From assembly GCA_946403085.1 (NCBI GenBank), contig CAMIYM010000006.1, positions 66,131 to 130,130 on the forward strand: a stretch of DNA of 64,000 nt. The letters are read 5' to 3'. Both the position numbers and the translations under genes were made by a program. Numbering within the stretch: the stretch's first letter is position 1; each line of letters starts with the position of its first letter. The notes below the pieces were generated by a model. It was not told the DNA's origin. It saw only the letters and a program-made list of their open reading frames with translations, and searched no databases. Positions 55,491-64,000 of the stretch are shown here, one piece after another. The stretch comes from an uncultured Clostridia bacterium (GTDB taxonomy: Bacteria; Bacillota; Clostridia; Saccharofermentanales; Saccharofermentanaceae).

Positions 55491-57860
55491 ATGAAAAAAG
55501 TAAATGTTTCCGTTACAGACCTGGCTTCATATATCTCACGCCGCGGTAATCTTTCCGGCGGCTCTTATGGTTCTGTATCAGGAATAGAAGGAACGAGACT
55601 TCACCAGAGAGTCTTTTCGGACCTGAAAAAAGCATACGGAGACATTGTAATTACTGAAGAACCTCTTTGTTTTGACTATATAGCAGATTCCGGTCTTACC
55701 TTATCCGTAAACGGCAGGTTTGATGCCATGATGTTAAAGCCGGGCAAAGCTCCCATGATCTTTGAGATCAAGTCATTTAACTCGACAAGGGAAAGCTTTG
55801 ACGCGCTGGTAAGGCCTGAACATGTAACCCAGCTAAAGCTCTATGGTGCAATGTATCTTCTCACCAATTCAGATGTACTGGATGTCGCTATGACTCTGAG
55901 ATATGTATCCATCACTACTCTGGATAGTTTTGAGAACACATACACCATGTCTTTTGAAGAAGCCGAGAAATTCTGGGAAGAGACATGCGCCGAGTATTGT
56001 GTCTTTGCAAAGACCCTTCTCGATTATCAGACAAGCCTTATAGATTCCACATCACAGATAAGATTTCCTTTCGAGACGATAAGGCCGGGCCAGAAAGAAT
56101 TCATGAAAAAGGCCCTTCTTGCTCTTAATTCGGGAGAAGCCTTTTTCGTTGAAGCTCCTACGGGAATAGGAAAGACAGTATCTGTCCTCTACCCTGCGAT
56201 CAAAGGTCTCGTAAAGAACAGATATGACCAGATCTTCTATCTGACAGCCAAAGAAGCCACCAGAGGAGTTGCCGAAGCGACACTTAATGCGATGAGAAGG
56301 TCAGGTCTCATTATCAGATCCATCACATTACGCTCCAAGGAAAAGATGTGTCCGTTCGGAACTGAATGTGATGCAAAGTTCTGCCCTCTTGCAAAGGACT
56401 ATTACGGCAAGCTCCATGATGCGCTCAAAGAATCTTTGCTGTTAGACGAGATAACTCCGGAACAGATAACCGAGATCGCGTTAAGACATAACATCTGCCC
56501 GCATGAATTCATGATCGACACCATGGAATACTGCACTGTGGTAATTGGAGACTACAATCATATTTTCAGTCCGAGAGTTTCACTCGTGTCCAAGGAACCG
56601 GGGAACCAGCGTGTTGCCGTTCTAGTGGATGAGGCCCATAACATGATCGACAGAGGACGCGATATGTTCTCAGCGTCTTTCTCATTAAGTCTGATAGAAG
56701 AGATGATCAGCGCATTTAAAGGACGAGATACAAAGATCGAGACATATCTCCACCAACTGAGAAACTATTTCATCAATGCAGGGACCTGTTTCGACTCTTC
56801 TTCATCATGCTTTAAACTTCTTGAAGACGCAGACGAACGTAAAGTCCTCATGACAGAGAACTGGGAAGGCATGAGACAGCCGCCAAGACAGCTTTATGCC
56901 AAGCTCTGGTACACGATAAGAAACCTGTCTCCCCTCCTCGACAGCATGGAACAGGGACCCTGCAGAAGAACATCCATGAAGTTCTTCTTCGAGGCAAGAT
57001 ACTTTCTTACTGTCCTTGAGCATTATTTTGACAATGCATATATCACTACAGCTTCAAGAGAGAACGGCGACATTACGATAACACTTGACTGCCTTGACTG
57101 CGCATCCAAGCTTGATTACATAATCAAGGACAGGATGTCGGTCATATTCTTTTCGGCAACATTTACGCCTTACGAGTATTACCGCAATTGTCTGGTGGGA
57201 CCTGATTGTGACTATTCGTCTTTCTTAAGACTGCCTTCGCCATTCCCGCCTGAGAACCTGGAGATCATGATCGACTCAGACATCTCGACAACATATAAGA
57301 ACCGTTCATTAACGCAGGAAGATCTTGCAGTTAGGATCACGGACAGCTTAAACGGCCGCACGGGAAATCACATGATCTTCTTCCCTTCTTTTGAATACAT
57401 GAACCAGATCATGCCAAAGATCGAAAGCGGACTTAAAAGGCTCTCCATAACGGACTATAAGATAATCTCCCAGAATCCTGAGATGACCAACACTGAGAAA
57501 GAAGAATTCCTTGGGAATTTCAATGAACCTTATAACGGTCTTTTGATCGGTGCTGCAGTACTTGGCGGACATTTCGGTGAAGGCATCGACTTAACAGGCG
57601 ACAAACTGACCGGCGTTATAATCGTCGGTGTTGGTCTGCCCAAGATCACACCGGAACGTCAGATACTAAGCAACTACTATTCAGAAAAGTTCGGTGACGG
57701 ATTCGCATTCGCATACAGATTCCCCGGATGGCAGAAAGTCCTTCAGGCAGTGGGCAGAGTTATCCGCACAGAAACTGATACAGGCTTTGCGCTCCTCATA
57801 GATGAAAGACTCGCAAAGCCTGAATATATCATGTTATTTCCTGATCACTGGAAGATCTGA
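55491..57860 (+). CDS. PD-(D/E)xK nuclease domain fused to an XPD/DinG-family Fe-S DNA helicase
   Basis: The N-terminal ~185 aa has GRFDAMM..IFEIKS..QLKLYGAMY (a RecB/Cas4-like D..ExK..QxxxY pattern). Then come Walker A EAPTGIGKT, four Cys (CPFGTECDAKFCP...CPHEF) as in XPD/DinG Fe-S domains, DEAH (VLVDEAHN) and C-terminal helicase motifs (GRVIRTETD). I prefer the ATG at 55491; TATAAT lies 6 nt upstream and no SD is seen, so the mRNA may be leaderless. Confidence 0.8.
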   Translation: MKKVNVSVTDLASYISRRGNLSGGSYGSVSGIEGTRLHQRVFSDLKKAYGDIVITEEPLCFDYIADSGLTLSVNGRFDAMMLKPGKAPMIFEIKSFNSTRESFDALVRPEHVTQLKLYGAMYLLTNSDVLDVAMTLRYVSITTLDSFENTYTMSFEEAEKFWEETCAEYCVFAKTLLDYQTSLIDSTSQIRFPFETIRPGQKEFMKKALLALNSGEAFFVEAPTGIGKTVSVLYPAIKGLVKNRYDQIFYLTAKEATRGVAEATLNAMRRSGLIIRSITLRSKEKMCPFGTECDAKFCPLAKDYYGKLHDALKESLLLDEITPEQITEIALRHNICPHEFMIDTMEYCTVVIGDYNHIFSPRVSLVSKEPGNQRVAVLVDEAHNMIDRGRDMFSASFSLSLIEEMISAFKGRDTKIETYLHQLRNYFINAGTCFDSSSSCFKLLEDADERKVLMTENWEGMRQPPRQLYAKLWYTIRNLSPLLDSMEQGPCRRTSMKFFFEARYFLTVLEHYFDNAYITTASRENGDITITLDCLDCASKLDYIIKDRMSVIFFSATFTPYEYYRNCLVGPDCDYSSFLRLPSPFPPENLEIMIDSDISTTYKNRSLTQEDLAVRITDSLNGRTGNHMIFFPSFEYMNQIMPKIESGLKRLSITDYKIISQNPEMTNTEKEEFLGNFNEPYNGLLIGAAVLGGHFGEGIDLTGDKLTGVIIVGVGLPKITPERQILSNYYSEKFGDGFAFAYRFPGWQKVLQAVGRVIRTETDTGFALLIDERLAKPEYIMLFPDHWKI

Positions 57861-57862
57861 TA

Positions 57863-59068
57863 TCAGATCCTGACCTCTGTCTTTGAAGGCTCATCGCCCA
57901 AAGTAATGACATCATCCGAACCATTTATCTTATAAGTTCCCTTGGTGCCGCTTACAGTTACAAAGCCCTCACTGTTTGTACGGATAATCTGATCTTTTGT
58001 CCACCACTCACCCTTAACCAGACTTAAGAGTCTGTCATAAGCAGGCTTGCATCTGTTGTCTTTTGTTATAAGGCCGCTCGGCGCATTAAGCCAGGCACCG
58101 TCTGCAAAATCCCATCCGGTTATCGCCTTGATATTAGGATCAGCAAATAAGATCCTGTACATCTCTTCCCACTGCTCAGCCTGTCTTGCTTCGCCTTCTT
58201 CAGTGGTAGGCCAATCAGTTACCTGCCAGTCATTGAGATCTTCAATATATTCAGGGATAAGAGTGCCTGATACCAATGTATTCTCAGTAAAATGAATCGG
58301 GAGTCCGAATCTTCCGAAACGCTTTAATACATCGTAAAGCTTTTCTTTGCCCCAATATCCCTGATGCTGATGTGACTGGATGCCGATAGCGGAGATCTCA
58401 ACACCTGCATCGAGGCATTCTTCTATGAGCTGCTCGTATTTAGGTGTCGTATTAAAGTCGTTGATAAGGAAAGTACCGTTAGGGTTGGCAGCCTTAGCAG
58501 CAGCGAAAACTTCCTTTACAAGTCCTACTCTTCCATATCTGTTGCAAAGCCTTGTGACTGCATTATCGTATTTATCGAAAATGGGCATTATTACTACTTC
58601 ATTGATTACATCCCAGATATCGATAACGCCCTTAAAAGCAGTTACATCCCTGTTGATCCTCTCGAGCTGCTTGTCCATTATGACTTCATCGGAATACTTC
58701 AAAAGCCAGTCAGCACATACCGTATGCCAGCAAAGCGGATGTCCTTTTATAGTAACGTTATTATCCCTTAGGATCTTTGCAGCATCCATCCTGCTGTCAA
58801 AGAGCGGATGTCCTTCTTCAGGCTCATATCTTCCCCAGTAAAAAGGAAGTGTTCCATAATCGAAAAGAGAAAGCCACTTGTTAAGTCTGTCAGGATCTAC
58901 CCTCTTTCCTTCATATTCAAGGAAATCAAAAGCACCTGAACCGAAAAGGAACTGATGGGATTTCTGGTTCAATACTAATTCCTTGTCTGAAACAGGATTA
59001 CCGTTCTTATCAACGACTCTGACAAGGCTCTCACCGATACGGTGAGCCGGTGTGGTCTTAATATTCAT
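57863..59068 (-). CDS. glycoside hydrolase family 10-like (endo-1,4-beta-xylanase-like), no signal peptide
   Basis: Shows the GH10 pattern GHPLCWH, WDVINEV (acid/base Glu), INDFN, IGIQSHQ and IHFTENT (nucleophile Glu). There is no N-terminal hydrophobic leader. Confidence 0.75.
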   Translation of the reverse strand: MNIKTTPAHRIGESLVRVVDKNGNPVSDKELVLNQKSHQFLFGSGAFDFLEYEGKRVDPDRLNKWLSLFDYGTLPFYWGRYEPEEGHPLFDSRMDAAKILRDNNVTIKGHPLCWHTVCADWLLKYSDEVIMDKQLERINRDVTAFKGVIDIWDVINEVVIMPIFDKYDNAVTRLCNRYGRVGLVKEVFAAAKAANPNGTFLINDFNTTPKYEQLIEECLDAGVEISAIGIQSHQHQGYWGKEKLYDVLKRFGRFGLPIHFTENTLVSGTLIPEYIEDLNDWQVTDWPTTEEGEARQAEQWEEMYRILFADPNIKAITGWDFADGAWLNAPSGLITKDNRCKPAYDRLLSLVKGEWWTKDQIIRTNSEGFVTVSGTKGTYKINGSDDVITLGDEPSKTEVRI

Positions 59069-59106
59069 GGATCAATACCTTCCTTTATCCTCAAGTATTG
59101 ATCTGA

Positions 59107-59832
59107 TTATAGAGTATTTAAAATCTGGAGCGTGTCATATATCTTATCAAAATGTATTGAAAGATAGTCTGTTGTAAAATCTTTAAGCTCGATTTCAGTT
59201 TTCCTGTCTGCAGTAGCTGTGAAAAGCTTTTTCAGGTCACAGGAAGCGAAATAATTCAGAGCTCTTACTGAAGGTTCCTCAAGAAGCCTGTTAAATGCTT
59301 TGTTACCACCGGCACCTTCACCGCCTGAGATATTGAGCATGTATTTATTCCCTGTCTTGATCAACGGATCTTCAGTATCATACATCACCGTAAAGCCTGC
59401 AATAGTTAAGAGTCTCCAGTTAAAAGCCGAATAGATCAAAAGGTATTTTCCTTTGTTATTTGCGAGCATGTAATATGCATACACTGCAAGTTCATAGGCT
59501 TCTTTGGAGTTCTCGCTCTGAAGCGTGCAGTCCATAAGACAGGAGGATATGTGGGCAGCGACAGTCATCTGCTCCAGACTTTCCATTATCTTTGAATTGC
59601 TCTCGATGATCGACGCATCTTTAAGATAGTAATAGCCATGAGATACAGTTACGACAAAATCACAGAGCATATATGGCATGGAAACAAAGCCCAGTGAACT
59701 TCCGGGTTTTGCAACACCTTTTGCACATATGGTAATAAGTCCCCTGTCAGATGTAAGGACGGATAAGAGTCTGTCCTTCTCCTTATATTCAGCGGAACGG
59801 ATAATAAGTCCCCTGCAGTTAAAAGGATCCAT
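59107..59832 (-). CDS. recO: DNA repair protein RecO
   Basis: The N-terminal OB region is GLIIRSAEYKEKDRLLSVLTSDRGLI. The gene sits in the conserved position immediately after era, and its ATG overlaps the era stop. Confidence 0.8.
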   Translation of the reverse strand: MDPFNCRGLIIRSAEYKEKDRLLSVLTSDRGLITICAKGVAKPGSSLGFVSMPYMLCDFVVTVSHGYYYLKDASIIESNSKIMESLEQMTVAAHISSCLMDCTLQSENSKEAYELAVYAYYMLANNKGKYLLIYSAFNWRLLTIAGFTVMYDTEDPLIKTGNKYMLNISGGEGAGGNKAFNRLLEEPSVRALNYFASCDLKKLFTATADRKTEIELKDFTTDYLSIHFDKIYDTLQILNTL

Positions 59833-61370
59833 TATTCATCGATATCTTTGCCAAGTCCGGTGGAACCTAACATGGCATCATTATTCTGCCAGTCATTTCT
59901 GACCTTAACATAAAGATCAAGATAGACTTTGCAGTCAAGCATCTTCTCGATATTCCTTCTTGCAGCAGTTCCGATACGCTTGATCATCTGTCCGTCTTTA
60001 CCGATGATGATCGCCTTATGTGAATCCCTGCTGCAGATGATATCCGCTTTGATAACAGCTATCGTACGGTCGTCACCTGATGTGACTTCGCCGTCATCGT
60101 TCTTCTCCTTGAACTCATTGATAATGACAGCAGTACCGTGAGGGATCTCCTGATCAGTATAGTGAAGCACCTGCTCGCGGATAAGCTCAGCTGCAATAAC
60201 ACGCTCAGTCTGGTCAGTCATATACTCACTGTCGAAAAGTCTGGGGCCCTCAGGAAGCATTTTCGTAATAACTGAAAGAAGAAGATCGACATTTCTACCT
60301 GTCTTAGCACTGATAGGAACGATATCTTCGAAGTCATAAAGCTCTGAATACTTCTGCGTAAGAGGCAGGAGCTTTTCCTGTCCTGCTTCATCATACTTGT
60401 TGATAGCAAGGATCACCTTCTTATTGCTCTCCTTAAGAAGAGTCATAAGCTTCTTCTCGACAGCACCCGGTTCAGGAAATCTTCCGTCAGCTATAAGTAC
60501 TACACAGTCAGCACCTGTGGCCGCTTTATAAGATCTCTCGACCATAAATTCACCCATCTTGGAAGTCGGCTTGTGGATACCGGGCGTATCAGTAAAGATG
60601 ATCTGTGTATCTTCAGTGTTATATATGGTCCTGATATTAGTTCTTGTCGTCTGAGGCTTATGGGATACGATGGCGATCTTCATGCCGGTAATGTAATTTA
60701 AAAGCGTCGACTTGCCAACATTAGGACGGCCTAAAAGAGCGACCGTACCGCAGTGCTTGCAAGGTGCTCCTGCAGGGATAAGTCCGTCAACATCATTTCC
60801 GTCTCTGTGATTATCCATCTCATAGATATCAGCGATCTCGTCATCAAAAGCAAGGCCCAGTTCCTTCATGAGTCTCTTCTGCTTGTCGATCATGATCTTC
60901 TCATCAGTGGGATCGATATGGTCGTAACCTAAAAGATGCAAAAGAGAATGAGCGATAAGGAACATTGCCTCACGCTCAAATGAATGGCCATAGCTTTCAG
61001 CCTGCTTCTCACATGCAAAGGGATTGATCAGGATATCACCGTAACAGAGGACCTGATTGCCTTCTTCATCTGTCTCAAAATCTCCGCTGTCAGGAATAAT
61101 GCTAAAGCCTCCTTCAGACATTTCCAGCATAGGGAATGACAGACAGTCGGTCTCCTTGTCTATCTCACGGAGCTCATTATTGATCTGCCTGATCTCGTCA
61201 GGAGTTACATATGTAAGCGTGGCATAAGAATCCTTAAGCGTTCTTGTAACCTGGGGTGAAGTATAGTCACCGCTGACAATTGCTTCAGTGAGCTTGACGA
61301 TATAATCATCAAGCTTCACGAGCTTATCTTCCGGAAATCCTTCTGCATTATTAACTACGTCGATTCTCAT
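59832..61370 (-). CDS. era: fusion of rRNA maturation RNase YbeY and GTPase Era
   Basis: The N-terminal ~175 aa carries the YbeY zinc motif HSLLHLLGYDH. The C-terminal part is Era: G1 GRPNVGKSTL, G3 DTPG, G4 NKYD and a KH domain (IIGKDGQMIKRIG). Confidence 0.88.
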   Translation of the reverse strand: MRIDVVNNAEGFPEDKLVKLDDYIVKLTEAIVSGDYTSPQVTRTLKDSYATLTYVTPDEIRQINNELREIDKETDCLSFPMLEMSEGGFSIIPDSGDFETDEEGNQVLCYGDILINPFACEKQAESYGHSFEREAMFLIAHSLLHLLGYDHIDPTDEKIMIDKQKRLMKELGLAFDDEIADIYEMDNHRDGNDVDGLIPAGAPCKHCGTVALLGRPNVGKSTLLNYITGMKIAIVSHKPQTTRTNIRTIYNTEDTQIIFTDTPGIHKPTSKMGEFMVERSYKAATGADCVVLIADGRFPEPGAVEKKLMTLLKESNKKVILAINKYDEAGQEKLLPLTQKYSELYDFEDIVPISAKTGRNVDLLLSVITKMLPEGPRLFDSEYMTDQTERVIAAELIREQVLHYTDQEIPHGTAVIINEFKEKNDDGEVTSGDDRTIAVIKADIICSRDSHKAIIIGKDGQMIKRIGTAARRNIEKMLDCKVYLDLYVKVRNDWQNNDAMLGSTGLGKDIDE

Positions 61371-63436
61371 TCAGGGTATTTGATCCTTTCATGGAAGACA
61401 CCTGCATATACCTGCTTGAATGCAATGATGATCTTCTCAATATCATCAAAAGACAGACCGGAATTGATAAGCTGGTCCTGATCGATCTTATCCTTGATCA
61501 GTACACGTATTAGCTGCTCTGCACCAGCCACATCAGATGTCTTCATCGATCTGACTGCTGCTTCACAAGTATCTGCCATCATTACGATCGCTGATTCTCT
61601 TGAAGACGGTATGTGTCCTCTGTATCTGAAGTTATTTACATCCGGCGGTTCAAGGCCCTTAGCCTTGGCATCCTCTACCGCCTTACGGTAGAAATACGAA
61701 GGATATGTCGTGCCGTGATGCTCATCGATGATCTTGATGATCGCGTTAGGAAGTCTTTCCTTTTTCGCGAGCTTAACACCATCTTCAGGATGCTTTGTGA
61801 TTATTGCAACACTCTCCATGATAGTAAGTCTGTCATGAGGGTTCTCACCGCCATGCTGGTTCTCTGTAAAATACTCGGGATTCTCAAGCTTACCAATGTC
61901 GTGGTAATAAGCTGCAACCTTGCAAAGGAGTGAATCCGCGCCTATAGCTTCAGCAGCAGAGTCAGCAAGATTGGCTACCATCATTGAATGCTGGTGGGTA
62001 CCGGAAGCCTCAAGGAAGAGTCTCTTTAACAGATGCTGTCCGGGCTGGCTGAGCGAGATGAGCTTTACAGGTGAAGCCGCATTGCACAGGAGCTCGAAAA
62101 CCGGTGAAAGACCAATTGCCGCAACGAGAGAAGCAATACAGCTGACAAACGTGAAGATGAAAGAATTTAAGTATTCGTTTCTTGTGTTACCGATGAGGAA
62201 GTTGTATGCAAAGCTCGTTCCGATAGTTGCGATCGTCGGGAAGAAGATCAGATAAGCATTATTGATGATCTTATCCGTTCTGCCTGCGAAAATAGAACAA
62301 AGGATAATGCCGACGAGATTGATGAAGAACATCTCGGAATCGAATCCGTGCATAGGCCAGATAAACATAAGGTTAAGCACAGAAAGGATAATGCCGTTCT
62401 GGGTACCCAGATATGTGGCACAAACAGCAGCAAAGAATATCGTAATGCAAAGAAGATTGGACAGTGTTGAAAGATATACTGATACGCCAATCGTAATAAG
62501 GAAAGTAACGATAAGCAGATAGAATACCGGAGTCTCGACCTTTAACTTTTTACGTTCGATGTTAAGGTAAACAAGTGCAACCGCTGATAAAACAAGAACA
62601 TAGATAACTACTCTCGCCAGGATAACGAAGTCAAATGACGAATCTCTGATGAGCTCAAGTTCGACAAGGTTGCTGTAAACATGAGCATCGATGATCGAAC
62701 CTGATTCTACAAGCTTAGTTCCCTTCTCGACAATGACAGGCTCATTCAAAACGGCAATATAAGCATTATTGGCTGCATCAGCCGTTGCCTTCTCATCGTA
62801 GATAGTGTTTGGTTCAAGAAGAGCCTTAAGTACAGCACTCATTGAATTCGCGAACTTTGAATATGAAGGGCTCGATTCACGGAACGAATTGATCTGTTCA
62901 TCGATCTTGGAAGAAAGCACAGCATCATTAACATCACCAAGCATTACCAGTTCTGCAATAGATGTTGTCTTCTCCCTGATATAAGTAAATGTGGCATTAC
63001 TCATGCCAAGGAAATCATAGACATCAGATGCTTCGAGCTTGACGCCGAGGTTCTTCTCGACACTGGCGGAAAGCTGATAAGCAGCTGCAGATGGAGAAAG
63101 TGGAGCTTCTGTGGATCTTGATTCGGAATAGCTCTTTCTCTCTGTATTGGCGAGATCGAAGAACTCATCAACTTTATCCACACTGAGCTGTGACTGCTTG
63201 TCTGATCTTACGAAAATATCAGCAACAGTATCTCTGGCAATGATAGCTCTTCTTTCTGTCTCATAGGAATCGGCAAAGGATCTGGGCGCATAAATGTCCT
63301 GTCCTGCGATCGATCCGACCTCATAGTCGTATCTTACGGGAAGTGAACCGTAGAAGACGAGGAAAACGATCGTCAGCGCAGCAAGCGCTAATGAAACGAT
63401 CTGATGTGACTTAGGTTTTAAAGCTTTGTTACTCAT
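61367..63436 (-). CDS. pgpH: 7TM-HD membrane phosphohydrolase (PgpH/YqfF family, c-di-AMP phosphodiesterase-type)
   Basis: An extracellular N-terminal domain is followed by seven TM helices and a C-terminal HD domain ([14 protein letters not shown]). It sits in the conserved phoH-pgpH-ybeY order. Confidence 0.8.
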   Translation of the reverse strand: MSNKALKPKSHQIVSLALAALTIVFLVFYGSLPVRYDYEVGSIAGQDIYAPRSFADSYETERRAIIARDTVADIFVRSDKQSQLSVDKVDEFFDLANTERKSYSESRSTEAPLSPSAAAYQLSASVEKNLGVKLEASDVYDFLGMSNATFTYIREKTTSIAELVMLGDVNDAVLSSKIDEQINSFRESSPSYSKFANSMSAVLKALLEPNTIYDEKATADAANNAYIAVLNEPVIVEKGTKLVESGSIIDAHVYSNLVELELIRDSSFDFVILARVVIYVLVLSAVALVYLNIERKKLKVETPVFYLLIVTFLITIGVSVYLSTLSNLLCITIFFAAVCATYLGTQNGIILSVLNLMFIWPMHGFDSEMFFINLVGIILCSIFAGRTDKIINNAYLIFFPTIATIGTSFAYNFLIGNTRNEYLNSFIFTFVSCIASLVAAIGLSPVFELLCNAASPVKLISLSQPGQHLLKRLFLEASGTHQHSMMVANLADSAAEAIGADSLLCKVAAYYHDIGKLENPEYFTENQHGGENPHDRLTIMESVAIITKHPEDGVKLAKKERLPNAIIKIIDEHHGTTYPSYFYRKAVEDAKAKGLEPPDVNNFRYRGHIPSSRESAIVMMADTCEAAVRSMKTSDVAGAEQLIRVLIKDKIDQDQLINSGLSFDDIEKIIIAFKQVYAGVFHERIKYPE

Positions 63437-64000
63437 AGGTCACCTTGCTTAGCATTCTCATAAGCTCTTACAATTCTTGCAACAAGACTGTTTCTTACAA
63501 TATCCGAATCATTGAGACTTACGATCTTGATACCTTCAACACCGTTAAGGACATTGATGGCATCCTTAAGTCCGTTCGGAACTCCTCTGGGCAGGTCGAT
63601 CTGCGTGAAATCGCCGCAAACACATGCCCTGCAGTTAACACCTAATCTTGTCAGGAACATCTTCATCTGCTCAGGTGTGGTGTTCTGAGCCTCATCAAGT
63701 AGAACAAAACAGTCATCAAGGTTCCTTCCTCGCATAAAAGCGAGCGGAGACACCTCGATCACACCCTTATCGTAATAACGCTCGAACATATCCTGTCCGA
63801 GGAGAGCAGACAAAGCATCGTAGATAGGACGCATGTAAGGGTTTACTTTTTCCTCGATATCACCGGGAAGGAATCCAAGACGTTCACCTGCTTCAATTGC
63901 AGGTCTGGTAAGTATGATCCTCGATACTTCCCTTGCCTTCAGAGCCTTAACGGCCATAGCAACACCAAGGAATGTCTTGCCCGTACCGGCAGGACCGCAG
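63433..64000 (-). CDS. phoH: PhoH family ATPase (C-terminal ~190 codons; the gene continues past the right edge)
   Basis: The track ORF starts at an internal Met. The reading frame stays open to 64000 and includes Walker [18 protein letters not shown], then DEAQN and GDFTQIDLP. Confidence 0.85.
   Translation of the reverse strand, partial: CGPAGTGKTFLGVAMAVKALKAREVSRIILTRPAIEAGERLGFLPGDIEEKVNPYMRPIYDALSALLGQDMFERYYDKGVIEVSPLAFMRGRNLDDCFVLLDEAQNTTPEQMKMFLTRLGVNCRACVCGDFTQIDLPRGVPNGLKDAINVLNGVEGIKIVSLNDSDIVRNSLVARIVRAYENAKQGDL

Noticed and set aside
1-64000. A scan for CRISPR arrays, IS elements or transposases, integrases, prophage genes, toxin-antitoxin pairs, rRNA operons, group II introns and long direct repeats.
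   Set aside because: None found. The only repeated sequences are the two tRNA-Pro genes and the shared terminator stem. All large ORFs are intact, with no obvious pseudogenes or frameshifts.

Overview
This window looks like core chromosome from a Firmicutes/Clostridia (Lachnospiraceae-like) genome. That placement is inferred from the Gram-positive PolC, the gene order and the ispH-S1 and ybeY-era fusions. I count about 55 intact CDS and 3 tRNA genes. I found no rRNA, CRISPR array, transposase, integrase or prophage genes. About 90% of genes lie on the minus strand; the exceptions are a two-component system with a pseudouridine synthase, a small zinc-ribbon ORF and one helicase.

Conserved blocks, left to right:
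- dapB(partial)-dapA and priA.
- The classic rpsB-tsf-pyrH-frr-uppS-cdsA-dxr-rseP-ispG-polC cluster.
- thyA-(histidine phosphatase)-folA.
- Two tRNA-Pro genes.
- cmk-ispH/S1 and RpiR-scpB-scpA-M50 protease.
- ileS with rRNA-modification genes.
- Three paralogous lipoproteins facing a divergent OmpR/HK pair.
- valS-glcK-clpX, dtd-rarA-glyA and nifS-thiI-PurM-like.
- tRNA-Leu and phoH-pgpH-ybeY/era-recO.

The most interesting stretch is an accessory four-gene redox operon at 51273..54680. It encodes a DUF362 Fe-S protein, a DVR/BciA-like atypical SDR, an orphan protein with ferredoxin-dependent bilin reductase-like motifs, and a flavodoxin-ferredoxin fusion. I interpret it as a candidate anaerobic tetrapyrrole (vinyl/methine) reduction system in a non-phototroph. 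That reading rests on motif-level similarity recalled from memory and needs profile and structure searches.

Other notable points:
- PolC appears to have a degenerate proofreading exonuclease insert.
- One tRNA-Pro has an A34 (AGG) anticodon and sits beside tRNA-Pro(CGG).
- There is a PD-(D/E)xK nuclease fused to an XPD/DinG-type Fe-S helicase.
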